DNA from: Leucoraja ocellata
Lineage: Eukaryota
Length of the DNA stretch: 64,000 nucleotides
Direction of reading: 5' to 3'
NCBI GenBank assembly: GCA_036785375.1
Contig: JAWMAR010000471.1
Location: 1-64,000 of the forward strand
Part shown: positions 50,348 to 62,082 of the stretch, one piece after another
How the letters are laid out: every line of letters begins with the position of its first letter
How positions within the stretch are numbered: the first letter of the stretch is position 1
Program-made: the position numbers and the translations under genes
The notes under the pieces: model-generated
What the model was told of the DNA's origin: nothing
Databases searched by the model: none
Seen by the model: only the letters and a program-made list of their open reading frames with translations

Positions 50348-51141
50348 GTTGTAATTGCATTGAGAGTGAATATGAACTGAAATGGTCTCACCCGGAAACA
50401 GGTTTAATCTGATATTGTGAAAGTGGTGTGGTCTAGGCTCTTCATTCATTGGCTTATTCTTGACAGCGTCACATCCCGTCGGCGCGGAGCTAATTTGTTC
50501 TCCAGCTCCCCGAAGTTTCTTAATTCTGCCAATCACATCACTGCTTTTGTTGCGCAATCATTTCAAACGTCCTTTCATTTCTGTTCCAGGGCGTCACAGG
50601 GGGGGCAAGACCGGAAGTACAATATATAATTAGATTAGATTCGACTTTATTGTCATTGCACATTTACAGTACAGAGAAATGGTTTAACCGAGCTGTCATA
50701 ACATAGAATTAAATAACAAAACAAACACTCAACACAGTTTTAACATCCACCACAGTGAGTCCACCAGGCACCTCCCCACTGTGATGGAAGGCAAAAGTTC
50801 CAAAGTCCTTGTAATAAACAAAATTCAACAAATTAACAACCAAGTCCATGTGCATAAGATGCATGAAGTGCTTAATGCAACCGAAGACATTTGATGGTTC
50901 ATCTTTTAGTGCTGTGTAGGGTTCAAGAACCTAATATTTGTATGTTAGAAGCTATTCATAAACCTAATTATCATGGGTTTTTTTAACATTCCAAACTCAT
51001 GTATTAATGACAGCAAATACACTGGCTTTGGGACGGCTGCAGCAATCAACAAAGGCGCGATGATGCTGACAAACGCGCGGCAAACTGACGGGGATCTCTG
51101 ATAGTTTTTGTACAGGCTCAGCCCAATTGTGCGCCACCGTG

Positions 51142-51998
51142 GGGTTCAGAGCGCAGTAATACATCGCCGAGTCTCGGAGCCGCGTTTGTGACACCGTCAG
51201 CGGGACCATTCCCGTCGAATGGTTGAACTCCGCAGTAAAACGTTCCCCGGCATTGTTCTTATGGCCAGCATCGTATCTCGTTCTGAGCAGCAGAAACTCA
51301 AGGGATCCGCCGGGATACTGACGATACCAGATTAGTTCAGGAGTGGACCTGCTTGTAGCTGTATAGTTGCAGCTCAACTGTGCGTCAACCCCTTCACTCA
51401 CTGTAACCGCTGCCGGTGTCTGAGAAACGGCGTCGCCTCGACAATTACCTGCAAGAGTCCGGGGATAAATAACACAACATCACCCAACTCAGCTCATACT
51501 TCAGAATACCCCTCATCCTGATACTGATATGAGGTACAATGCCATCAAACATACCCCTCCCCAAAAAGCTAAATAAAGATGGGCGGAAAGGCGCTGGGAA
51601 TTACCGAATAAATTTATCTTTAAGATAATACAACCCGTTACATCGGACTGGACGTCGTTATTGCTTCCTGGGAGGAAGGGGGAAATCGTACATCACTCGT
51701 ACGTGAACCACCGGTGTGTTCTAACTCTACGATGCTTCTCCGTCGCAGCTGCTTTCCAACAATTAACCTGGAAACTCACCTCAAATGTCCGAACATCAAT
51801 TACTGTGAAACTGCATCTTTTTTCCTAATGATCTCTACGTTTACTGGGCTCATACGGACTGCCTTTCTAAAGTCGTTGTGTTGCATTCAAGGTATTTGGT
51901 TGATTAAATATCACGCACTACATTATTGGAAACGTGGAGAACTTACCGGTTAAGAGAGCTGCAGCTGTAAGAAGCCAATACATTGTCAAGGCCAGCAT
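51142..51998 (-). CDS. TRAV: V28: TCR alpha/delta V segment (intact paralog of V10)
   Basis: Leader 51947-51998, V exon 51142-51448. RSS CACGGTG-23-ACAAAAACT. Confidence 0.88.
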
Positions 51999-52362
51999 GT
52001 TGTAATTGCATTGAGAGTGAATATGAACTGAAATGGTCTCACCCGGAAACAGGTTTAATCTGAAATTTTGAAAGTGCTGTGGTCTAGGCTCTTCATTCGT
52101 TGGCTTATTCCTGACAGCGTCACATCCCTTCAACGCAGAGTTAATTTGTTCTCCAACTCCCCGAATTAACTCAGTTTACAATTCCGCCAATCACATCACT
52201 GCTTTTGCTGCCCAATCATCTCAAACCTCCTTTGTTTTTTGTTCCATTACGTCACAGGAGGGGCAAGGCCTGAAGTACAATGTACAATAAACACAATTCG
52301 TTAAATTATTCTTCAACCCAATTGTCATGGGTTTTTTAATTAACAAATAGAGTCTTAATGGG

Positions 52363-53081
52363 TCCCTCTCCCCCAAAAGCTAAATAAAGATGGGCGGAGA
52401 GGCGCTGGGAAATACCGAATAAATTGATCTTTAAAGATAATCCAACTCGTTCCATCGGACTGGACGTCGTTATTGCTTCCGGGGAGGGAAAAGGGAATCG
52501 TAGATCACTCGTGCGTGAACCACCGGTGTGCTCTAATTCTACGATGCTTCACAATCGCGGCTGCTTTCCAACAATTAACCTGGAAACTCACCTCAAATTT
52601 CCGAACATCAATTACTGTGAAACTGCATCTTTTTTCCTAATGTGCTCTACGTTTACTGTCCACATACGGGCTCCCTTTCTAAATTCATTGTGTTGCATTC
52701 AAGGTACTTCGTTGATTAAATATCGTGCCCTACATTATTGGAAACGTGGTGAACTTACCGGTTAAGAGAGCTACAGCTGTAAGAAGCCAATACATTGTCA
52801 AGGCCAGCATGTTGTAATTGCATTGAGAGTGAATATGAACTGAAATGGTCTCACCCGGAAACAGGTTTAATCTGATATTGTAAAAGAGCTGTGGTCTGGG
52901 TTCTTCATTCATTGGCTTATTCTTGACAGCGTCACAACCCGTCAGCGCGGAGCTAATTTGTTCTCCATGTTCCCGAAGTTTCTTAATTCTGCCAATCACG
53001 TCACAGCTTTTGTTGCCCAATCATTTCAAACGTCCTTCTGTTCTGTTCCAGGGCGTCACATGAGGGGAAAGAACGGAAGTA
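52363..53081 (-). pseudogene. Orphan promoter + leader exon (52759-52810), V exon deleted
   Basis: Duplicate of 17912-18630. Confidence 0.85.
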
Positions 53082-53624
53082 CAATATATGATTAGATTAG
53101 ATTAGATTCGATTCAACTTTATTGTCATTGCACATTTACAGTACAAAGAAATGGTTTAACCGAGCTGTCATAACATTGAAATAAAATAACAAAACACACA
53201 CTCAACACAGTTTTAACATCCACCACAGTGAGTCCACCGGGCACCTCCTCACGGCGATGCAAGGCAAAAGTCCCAAAGTCCTTCTAATTAAAAAAATTCA
53301 ATAAATTAACAACTAGGTCCATGTGCAGAAGATGAATGAAGTGCTTAATGCAACCGAATACATTTCATAGTTCATCTTTTAGTGCGGTGTAGGGCTCAAA
53401 ACCCTAATATTTGTTTGTTAGAAGCTATTCTTCAAGCCAACTGTCATGGGTTTTTTTAATATATAAAATTCGAGTATTAATGACAGCAAACACACTGGCG
53501 TTGGGACGGGTGCAGCAATCTACGAGGACGCGCCGATGCTGAGAACGTTGTGCTTACGGGGTGATACGTCAGTGGGTGCAATGGTAGTTTTTGTACAGGC
53601 TCAGCCCAATTCTGCGTCTCCGTG

Positions 53625-54482
53625 GGGCTCAGAGCGCAGTAATACATCGCCGAGTCTCGGAGCCGCGTTTGTGACACCGTCAGCGGGACCGTTCCTGTCG
53701 AATGGTTGAGCTCAGCAGAGAAACGTTCCCCGGCATTGTTCTTCTCGCCGCCTTTGTATGTCGTTCGCAGCAGCAGAAACTCAAGGGATCCGCCGGGATA
53801 CTGACGGTACCAGATTAGTCCAGCAGAGGTCGTGATTGTAGCTGTATAGTTGCAGCTCAATGTTGTATCCTTCCCTTCACTCACTGTAACCGCTGCCGGT
53901 GTCTGAGAAACGGCGTCGCCTCGACAATTCCCTGCAAGAGACCGGATATTAATAACACAACATCACCCAACCCAGCTCATACTTCAGAATATCCCTCATC
54001 CTGATACTGATATGAGGTACAATGACATCAAACATACCCCTCCTTTAAAAGCTAAATAAAGATGGGCAGAAAGGCGCTGAGAATTACCAAATAAATTGAT
54101 CTTTACAGATAATCCAACCCGTTTCATCGGACTGGACGTCGTCATTGGTTTCGGGGAGGAAGGCGGAAATCGTAGATCACTCGTACGGGGATCACCGGTG
54201 TGTTCTAACTCTACGATGCCTCACCATCGCGGCTGCTTTCCAACAATTAACCTGGAAACTCACCTCGAATTTCCGAACATCAATTACTGTGAAACGGCAT
54301 CTTTTTTCCTAATGTGCTCTGCGTTTATTGTCGTCATACGGACTCCCTTTCTAAAGTCGTTGTGTTGCATTCAAGGTATTTGGTTGAATAAATATCATGC
54401 CCTACATTATTGGAAACGGGTTGAGCTTACCGGTTAAGAGAGCTGCAGCTGTAAGAAGCCAATACATTGTCAAGGCCAGCAT
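53625..54482 (-). CDS. TRAV: V29: TCR alpha/delta V segment (paralog of V11)
   Basis: Leader 54431-54482, V exon 53625-53931. RSS CACGGAG-23-ACAAAAACT. ORF-track translation identical to V11. Confidence 0.87.
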
Positions 54483-54691
54483 GTTGTAATTGCATTCAGA
54501 GTGAATATGAACTGAAATGGTCTCACCCGGAAACAGGTTTAATCTGATATCGTGAAAGGGGTGTGGTCTAGGCTCTTCAATCATTGGCTTATTCTTGACA
54601 ACGTCACATCCCGTCGGCGCAGAGCTAATTTGTTCTCCAACTCCCCGAATTCACTCAGTTTCTTAATTCCGCCAATCACATCACTGCTTTT

Positions 54692-55053
54692 GTAAGTAAG
54701 TATTGGCCAAGTATTCTCATACAAGGAATATGCCTTGGAGCTCCGCCCACAAGTAACAACATAACATACAGAGACAGTTACGAATGACGCAGAAAACACT
54801 AAACATTGATAATAATAAAATATTCATAATAAAACACCATTGATCAAGCATGTGAAACAACAAAACACCAGATCAATGGGAGGCGACAGATATTTAGCTG
54901 TTGAGTAGAGTAACTACTCGTGAATAAAAACTGTTTTTATGTCTTGCTGTGGCAGCTTTGACAGTCCGGAGTCGCCTTCCTGAGGGAAGTCATTCAAGTA
55001 GATTGTCGCCAGGGTGAGAGTGGCCAGAGATGATCTTGCCCGCTCGCTTCCTC
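54692..55053 (-). mobile_element. Rex1/Babar-type 3' fragment (copy 4)
   Basis: Duplicate of 20241-20602. Confidence 0.8.
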
Positions 55054-55412
55054 TTGTTGCCCAATCATCTCAAACCTCCTTTGTTTTCTGCTCCATGACG
55101 TCACAGGAGGGGCAAGGTCTGAAGTATAATATATAATAAACAAAATTCAATAAATAAACAACAACATTCATGTACAGGAAAGGCATGAAGTGCTTAGTGC
55201 AACCGAAGACAGTTCATTGCTCATCTGTTACTGCTGTGTAATGTTCAGGAACCTAATGTTTAAATATGAGAAGCTGCTGGTACATACAGGCGGTGGAACG
55301 GATGCTGCATTCAGCGAGGAAGGGCCGACGCTGACACAGTTCCACGCGCTGATACGTGAGTGGGTGCGCTTGGAGTTTTTGTACGGGCTCAGCCCAATTC
55401 TGCGCTTCCGTG

Positions 55413-56270
55413 GGGCTCAGAGCGCAGTAATACATCGCCGAGTCTCGGTGCCTCGTTTGTGACACCGTCAGCGGGAACGTTCCTGTCAAATGGTCGAGCT
55501 CCGCAGAGAAGCGTTCACCGGCATTGTTCTTCGGGGCGGCTTCGTATTTCGTTCTGAGCAGCAGAAACTCAAGGGATCCTCCGGGATACTGACGGTACCA
55601 GATTAGTCCAGGAGGGGACGTGCTTGTAGCTGTATAGTTGCAGCTCAATTTTGCATTCTCCCCTTCACTCACTCTAACCGCTGCCTGTGTCTGAGAAACG
55701 GCGTCGCCTCGACAATTCCCTGCAAGAGTCCGGGGATAAATAACACAACATCATCTAATTCAGCTCATAGTTCAGAATATCCCTCATCCTGATACTGATA
55801 TGAGGTACAATGACATCAAACATACCCCTCCTCTAAAAGCTAAATAAAGATGGGCGGAAAGGCGCTGGGAATTACAGAATAAATTTATCTTTAAAGATAA
55901 TCCAACCCGTTGCATCGTCCTGGACGTCGTTATTGCTTCCGGGGAGGAAGGAGGAGATCGTAGATTACACGTACGTGAACCACCGGTGTGTTCACACTAT
56001 CCGATGCTTCGCCATCGCGGCTGCTTTCCAACAATTAACCTGGAAACTCACCTCGAATTTCCGAACTTCAATTAATGTGAAACTGCATCTTTTTTCCTAA
56101 TGTGCTCTGCGTTTACTGTCCTCATACGGACTCATTTTCTAAAGTCGTTGTGTTGCATTCAAGGTATTTGGTTCATTAAATATCATGCCCGACATTATTG
56201 GAAACGTGGTGAACTTACCGGTTAAGAGAGCTGCAGCTGTAAGAAGCCAATACATTGTCAAGGCCATCAT
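55413..56270 (-). CDS. TRAV: V30: TCR alpha/delta V segment (paralog of V12)
   Basis: Leader 56219-56270, V exon 55413-55719. RSS CACGGAA-23-ACAAAAACT. Confidence 0.87.
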
Positions 56271-57084
56271 GTTGTAATTGCATTGAGAGTGAATATGAAC
56301 TGAAATGGTCTCACCCGGAAACAGGTTTAATCTGATATTGTGAAAGAGCTGTGATCTAGGTTCTTCATTCATTGGCTTATTCGTGACAGCGTCACATCCT
56401 GTCTGCGCGGAGCTAATTTGTTCACCAACTCCCCGAAGTTTCTTAATTCTGCCAAACACATCACTGCTTTTGGTGCCCAATCATCTCAAACCTCCTTTAC
56501 GTACTGTTCCATGACGACACAGGAGGGCAAGTCCGGAAGTACAATATATAATTAGATTAGATTAGATTAGATTCAACTTTATTGTCATTGCACATTTACA
56601 GTACAAATAAATGGTTTAACCGAGCTGTCATAACATAGAAAAAAATAACAAAACACACACTCAACACTGTTTTAACATCCACCACAATGAGTCCACCAGG
56701 CACCTCCTCACGGGGATGGAAGTCAAAGGTCCCAAAGTCCTTGTAATAAACAAAATTCAATAAATTAACAACTAGGTCCATGCGCAGCAGATGCATGAAG
56801 TGCTTAATGCAACCGAAGACATTTCATAGTTCATCTTTTAGTGCAGTGTAGGGCTCAAAACCCTAATATTTGTTTGTTAGAAGCTATTCTTCAAGCCAAC
56901 TGTCATGTTTTTTTTTAAATATTTAAAAATCGAGTATTAATGACAGCAAACACACTGACGTTGGGACGGGTGCAGCAATCTACGAGGACGCGCCGATGCT
57001 GAGAAAGTTGTGCTTACGGGGTGTTACGTCAGTGGGTGCACTGGTGGTTTTTGTACAGGCTCAGCCGAATTCTGCGCCACCGTG

Positions 57085-57941
57085 GGGTTCAGAGCGCAGT
57101 AATACATCGCCGAGTCTCGGAGCCGCGTTTGTGACACCGTCAGCGGGACCGTTCCTGTCGAATGGTCGAGCTCCGCAGAAAAACGTTCCCCAGCATTGTT
57201 CTTCTCGCCGCCTTGGTATTTCGTTCTGAGCAGCAGAAACTCAAGAGATCCGCCGGCATACTGACGGTACCAGATAAGACCAGGATTGTCCGTGCTTTTA
57301 GTTGTATAACTGCAGTTCAACTGTGCGTCATTCCCTTCACTCACTGTAACCGCTGCCGGTGTCTGAGAAACGGCGTCGCCTCGACAATTCCCTGCACGAG
57401 ACCGGGGATAAATAACACAACATCACCTAATCAGATCATACTTCAGAATACCCCTCATCCTGATACTGATATGAGGTACAATGACATCAAACACACCCCT
57501 CCTCTAAAAGCTAAATAAAGATGGGCAGAAAGGCGCTGGGAATTACCGAATAAATTGATCTTTAAAGATAATCCAACCCGTTTCATCGGACTGGACGTCG
57601 TCATTGGTTCCGGGGAGGAAGGGGGAAATCGTAGATCACTCGTACGTGAACCACCGGTGTGTTCACACTCTCCGATGCATCACCGTCGCGGCTGCTTTCC
57701 AACAATTAACCTGGAAACTCATCTCGAATGTCCGAACATCAATTACTATGAAACTGCATATTTTTTCCTAATGTGCTCTGCGTTTACTGTCCTCATACGG
57801 ACTCATTTTCGAAAGTCGTTGTTTTGCATTCAAGGTATTTGGTTGAATAAATATCATGCCCTACATTATTGGAAACGTGGTGAACTTACCGGATAAGAGA
57901 GCTGCAGCTGTAAGAAGCCAATACATTGTCAAGGCCAGCAT
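57085..57941 (-). CDS. TRAV: V31: TCR alpha/delta V segment (paralog of V13)
   Basis: Leader 57890-57941, V exon 57085-57391. RSS CACGGTG-23-ACAAAAACC. Confidence 0.88.
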
Positions 57942-58764
57942 GTTGTAATTCCATTGAGAGTGAATATGAACTGAAATGGTCTCACCCGGGAACAGGTTTA
58001 ATCTGATATTGTGAAAGGGGTGTGATCGATGTTCTTCATTCATTGGCTTATTCCTGACAGCGTCACATCCCGTCGCAGCGAAGCTAATTTGTTCTCCAAC
58101 TCCCCGAATTCACTCAGTTTCTTAATTCCGCCAATCACATCATACTTTTGTTGCCCAATTATCTCACACCTCCTTTGTTTTCTGGTCCAATTACGTCACA
58201 GGTGGGGCAAGGCCGGAAGTACAATACATAATTAGATTAGATTAGATTAGATTCAACTTTATTGTCATTGCACATTTACAGTACAAACAAATGGTTTAGC
58301 CGAGCTTTCATAACATAGAATAAAATAACAAAACACACACTCAACACAGTTTTAACATCCACCACAGTGAGTCCACCAGGCACCTCCTCACGGGGATGGA
58401 AGTCAAAAGTCCCAAAGTCCTTGTAATAAACAAAATTCAATAAATTAACAACTAGGTCCATGTGCAGAAGATGCATGAAGTGCTTAATGCAACCGAATAC
58501 ATTTCATAGTTCATCTTTTAGTGCGGTGTCGGGCTCAAAAACCTAATATTTGTTTGTTAGAAGCTATTCTTCAAGCCAACTGTCATGGGTTTTTTTTAAT
58601 ATTAAAAATTCTAGTATTAATGACAGCAAACACACTGGCGTTGGGACGGGTGCAGCAATCTACGAGCACGCGCCGATGCTGAGAAAGTTGTGCTGACGGG
58701 GTGATACGTCAGTGGGTGCACTGGTAGTTTTTGTACAGGCTCAGCCCAATTCTGCGCCACCGTG

Positions 58765-59623
58765 GGGTTCAGAGCGCAGTAATACATCGCCGAGTCTCGG
58801 AGCCGCGTTTGTGACACCGTCAGCGGGACCGTTCCTGTCGAATGGTCGAGCTCCGCAGAAAAACGGTCCCCGGCATTGTTCTTCTCGCCGCCTTGGTATT
58901 TCGTTCTGAGCAGCAGAAACTCAAGGGATCCGCCGGGATGCTGACGGTACCAGATTAGTCCAGGATTGGGCGTGCTTGTAGCTGTATAGTTGCAGCTCAA
59001 TTTTGTATCCTCCCCTTCACTCACTGTAACCACTGCCCGTGTCTGGGAAACGTCGTCGCCTCGACAATTCCCTGCAAGAGAGCGGGGATAAATAACACAA
59101 TATCACCCAACTCAGCTCATACTTCAGAATACCCCTCATCCTGATACTGATATGAGGTACAATGACATCAAACATACTCCTCCCCAAAAAGCTAAATAAA
59201 GATGGGCGGAAAGGAGCTGGGAAATGCCTAATTGATTCATCTTTAAAGATAATACAACCCGTTCCATCGGACTGGACGTCGTCATTGGTTCCGGGGAGGA
59301 AGGGGGAAATCGTAGATCACTCGTACGGGGACCACCGGTGTGTTCTAACTCTACGATGCTTCTCCGTCGGCGCTGCTTTCCAACAATTGACCTGGAAACT
59401 CACCTCAAATTTCCGAACATCAATTACTGAGAAACTGCATCTTTTTTTCCTAATGTGCTCTGCGTTTACTATCACTACACGAACTCCCTTTCTAAAGTAA
59501 TTGTGTTGCATTCAAGGCACTTGGTTGATTAAATATCGTGCCCTACATTATTGGAAACGTGGTGAACTTACCGGTTAAGAGAGCTGCAGCTGTAAGAAGC
59601 CAATACATTGTCAAGGCCAGCAT
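58765..59623 (-). CDS. TRAV: V32: TCR alpha/delta V segment (paralog of V14)
   Basis: Leader 59572-59623, V exon 58765-59071. RSS CACGGTG-23-ACAAAAACT. Confidence 0.88.
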
Positions 59624-60434
59624 GTTGTAATTGCATTGAGAGTGAATATGAACTGAAATGGTCTCACCCGGAAACAGGTTTAATCTGATATTGTGAAAGG
59701 GGTGTGGTCGATGTTCTTCATTCATTGGCTTATTCTTTAAAGCGTCACATCCCGTCGGCGCGGAGCTAATTTGTTCTCCAACTTCCCGAATTAACTGTTT
59801 CTTAATTCCGCCAATCACATCACTGCTTTTGTAGCCCAATCATCTCAAACCTCCTTTGTTCTCTGTTCCATGACGTCACAGGAGGGGCAAGGCCGGAAGT
59901 ACAATATATCATTAGATTAGATTAGTTTAGATTCAACTTTATTGTCACTGCACATTTACAGTACAACGAAATGGTTTAACCGAGCTGTCATAACATAGAA
60001 TAAAATAACAAAACACACACTCAACACAGTTTTAACATCCACCACAGTGAGTCCAACAGACACCTCCTCACGGCGATGGAAGGCAAAAGTCCCAAAGTCC
60101 TTATAATAAACAAAATTCAATAAATTAACATCTAGGTCCATGTGCATAAGATGCATGAAGTGCTTAATGCAAGCGAATACATTTCCTAATTCATCTTTTA
60201 GTGCGGTGTCGGGCGCAAAAACCTAATATTTGTTTGTTAGAAGATATTCTTCAAGCCAACTGTCATGGGGTTTTTTTAATATTTAAAAATCGAGTATTAA
60301 TGACAGCAAACACACTGGCGTCGGGACGGGTGCAGCATTCAACGAGGGCGCGCCGATGCTGACAAACGCGCTGCAAACCGACGGGGATCTCTGATTGTTT
60401 TTCTACAGGCTCAGCCCAATTCTGCGCCACCGTG

Positions 60435-61299
60435 GGGTTCAGAGCGCAGTATATATCGCCGAGTCTCGGAGCCGTGTTTGTGACACCGTCAGCGGGACCG
60501 TTCCTGTCGAATGTTTGAGCTCAGCAGAAAAACGGTCCCCGGCATTGTTCTTCTCGCCGCCTTTGTATGTCGTTCTGAGCAGCAGAAACTCAAGGGATCC
60601 GCCGGGATACTGACGGTACCAGATTAGTCCAGGAGGGGTCGTTCTTGTAGCTGTATAGTTGCAGCTCAATTTTGTATCATCCCCTTCACTCACTGTAACC
60701 GCTGCCGGTGTCTGAGAAACGGCGTCGCCTCTACAATTCCCTGCAAGAGTCCGGGGATAAATAACACAACATCACCCAACCCAGCACATACTTCAGAATA
60801 ACCCTCATCCTGATACTGATATGAGGTACAATGACATCAAACATACCCCTCCTCTAAAAGCTAAATAAAGATGGGCGGAAAGGCGCTGGGAATTATCGAA
60901 GAAATTGATCTTTAACGATAATCCAACCCGTTTCAGCGTACTGGACGTCGTTATTGTTTCGGGGGGGGGGGGGGGGGGAAGAGGGGAATCGTAGATCACT
61001 CGTGCGTGAACCGCCGGTGTGTTCTAACTCTACGATGCTTCTCCGTCGGCGCTGCTTTCCAACAATTAACCTGGAAACTCACCTCGAATTTCCGAACATC
61101 AATTAATGTGAAACTGCATCTTTTTTTCCTAATGTGATCTGCGTTTACTATCCCTATACGGACTCCCTTTCCAAAGTTGTGTTGCATTCAAGGTATTTGG
61201 TTGATTAAATATCATGCCCTACACTATTGGAAACGTGGTGAGCTTACCGGTTAAGAGAGCTGCAGCTGTAAGAAGCCAATACATTGTCAAGGCCAGCAT
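60435..61299 (-). pseudogene. TRAV: V33: 1-bp deletion in YYC (paralog of V15)
   Basis: V exon 60435-60740 has the same lesion as V15, which argues against a sequencing error. Leader 61248-61299. Confidence 0.9.
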
Positions 61300-62082
61300 G
61301 TTGTAATTGCATTGAGAGTGAACATTAACTGAAATGGTCTCACCCGGAAACAGGTTTAATCTGATATTGTGAAAGGGGTGTGGTCTAGGCTCTTAATTCA
61401 TTTGGCTTATTCTTGACAGCGTCACATCCCGTCGGCGCGGAGCTAATTTGTTCTCCAGCTCCCCGAAGTTTCTTAATTCTGCCAATCACATCACTGCTTT
61501 TATTGCCCAATCATTTCAAACGTCCTTTCTTTTCTGTTCCAGGGCGTCACAAGACCGGAAGTACAATATATAATTAGAGTAGATTCGACTTTATTGTCAT
61601 TGCACATTTACAGTACAAAGAAATGGTTTAACCGAGCTGTCATAACATAGAATAAAATAACAAAACACACACTCAACACAGTTTTAACATCCACCACAGT
61701 GAGTCCACCAGGCACCTCCTCGCTGTGATGGAAGGCAAAAGTCCCAAAGTCCTTGTAATAAACACAATTCAATAAATTAACTAGGTCCATGTGTATAAGA
61801 TGCATGAAGTGCTTAATGCAACCGAATACATTCCATAGTTCATCTTTTAGTGCGGTGTAGGGCTCAAAAACCTAATATTTGTTTGTTAAAAGCTATTCTT
61901 CAACCCAATTATAATGGGTGATTTTAATATTTAAAAATCGTGTATTAATGACAGCAAACACACTGGCGTTGGGACGGTTGCAGCACTCAACAAGGGCGCG
62001 CCGATGCTGACAAACGCGCTGCAAACTGACGGGGACCTCTGATAGTTTTTGCACAGGCTCAGCCCAATTCTGAGCCACCGTG

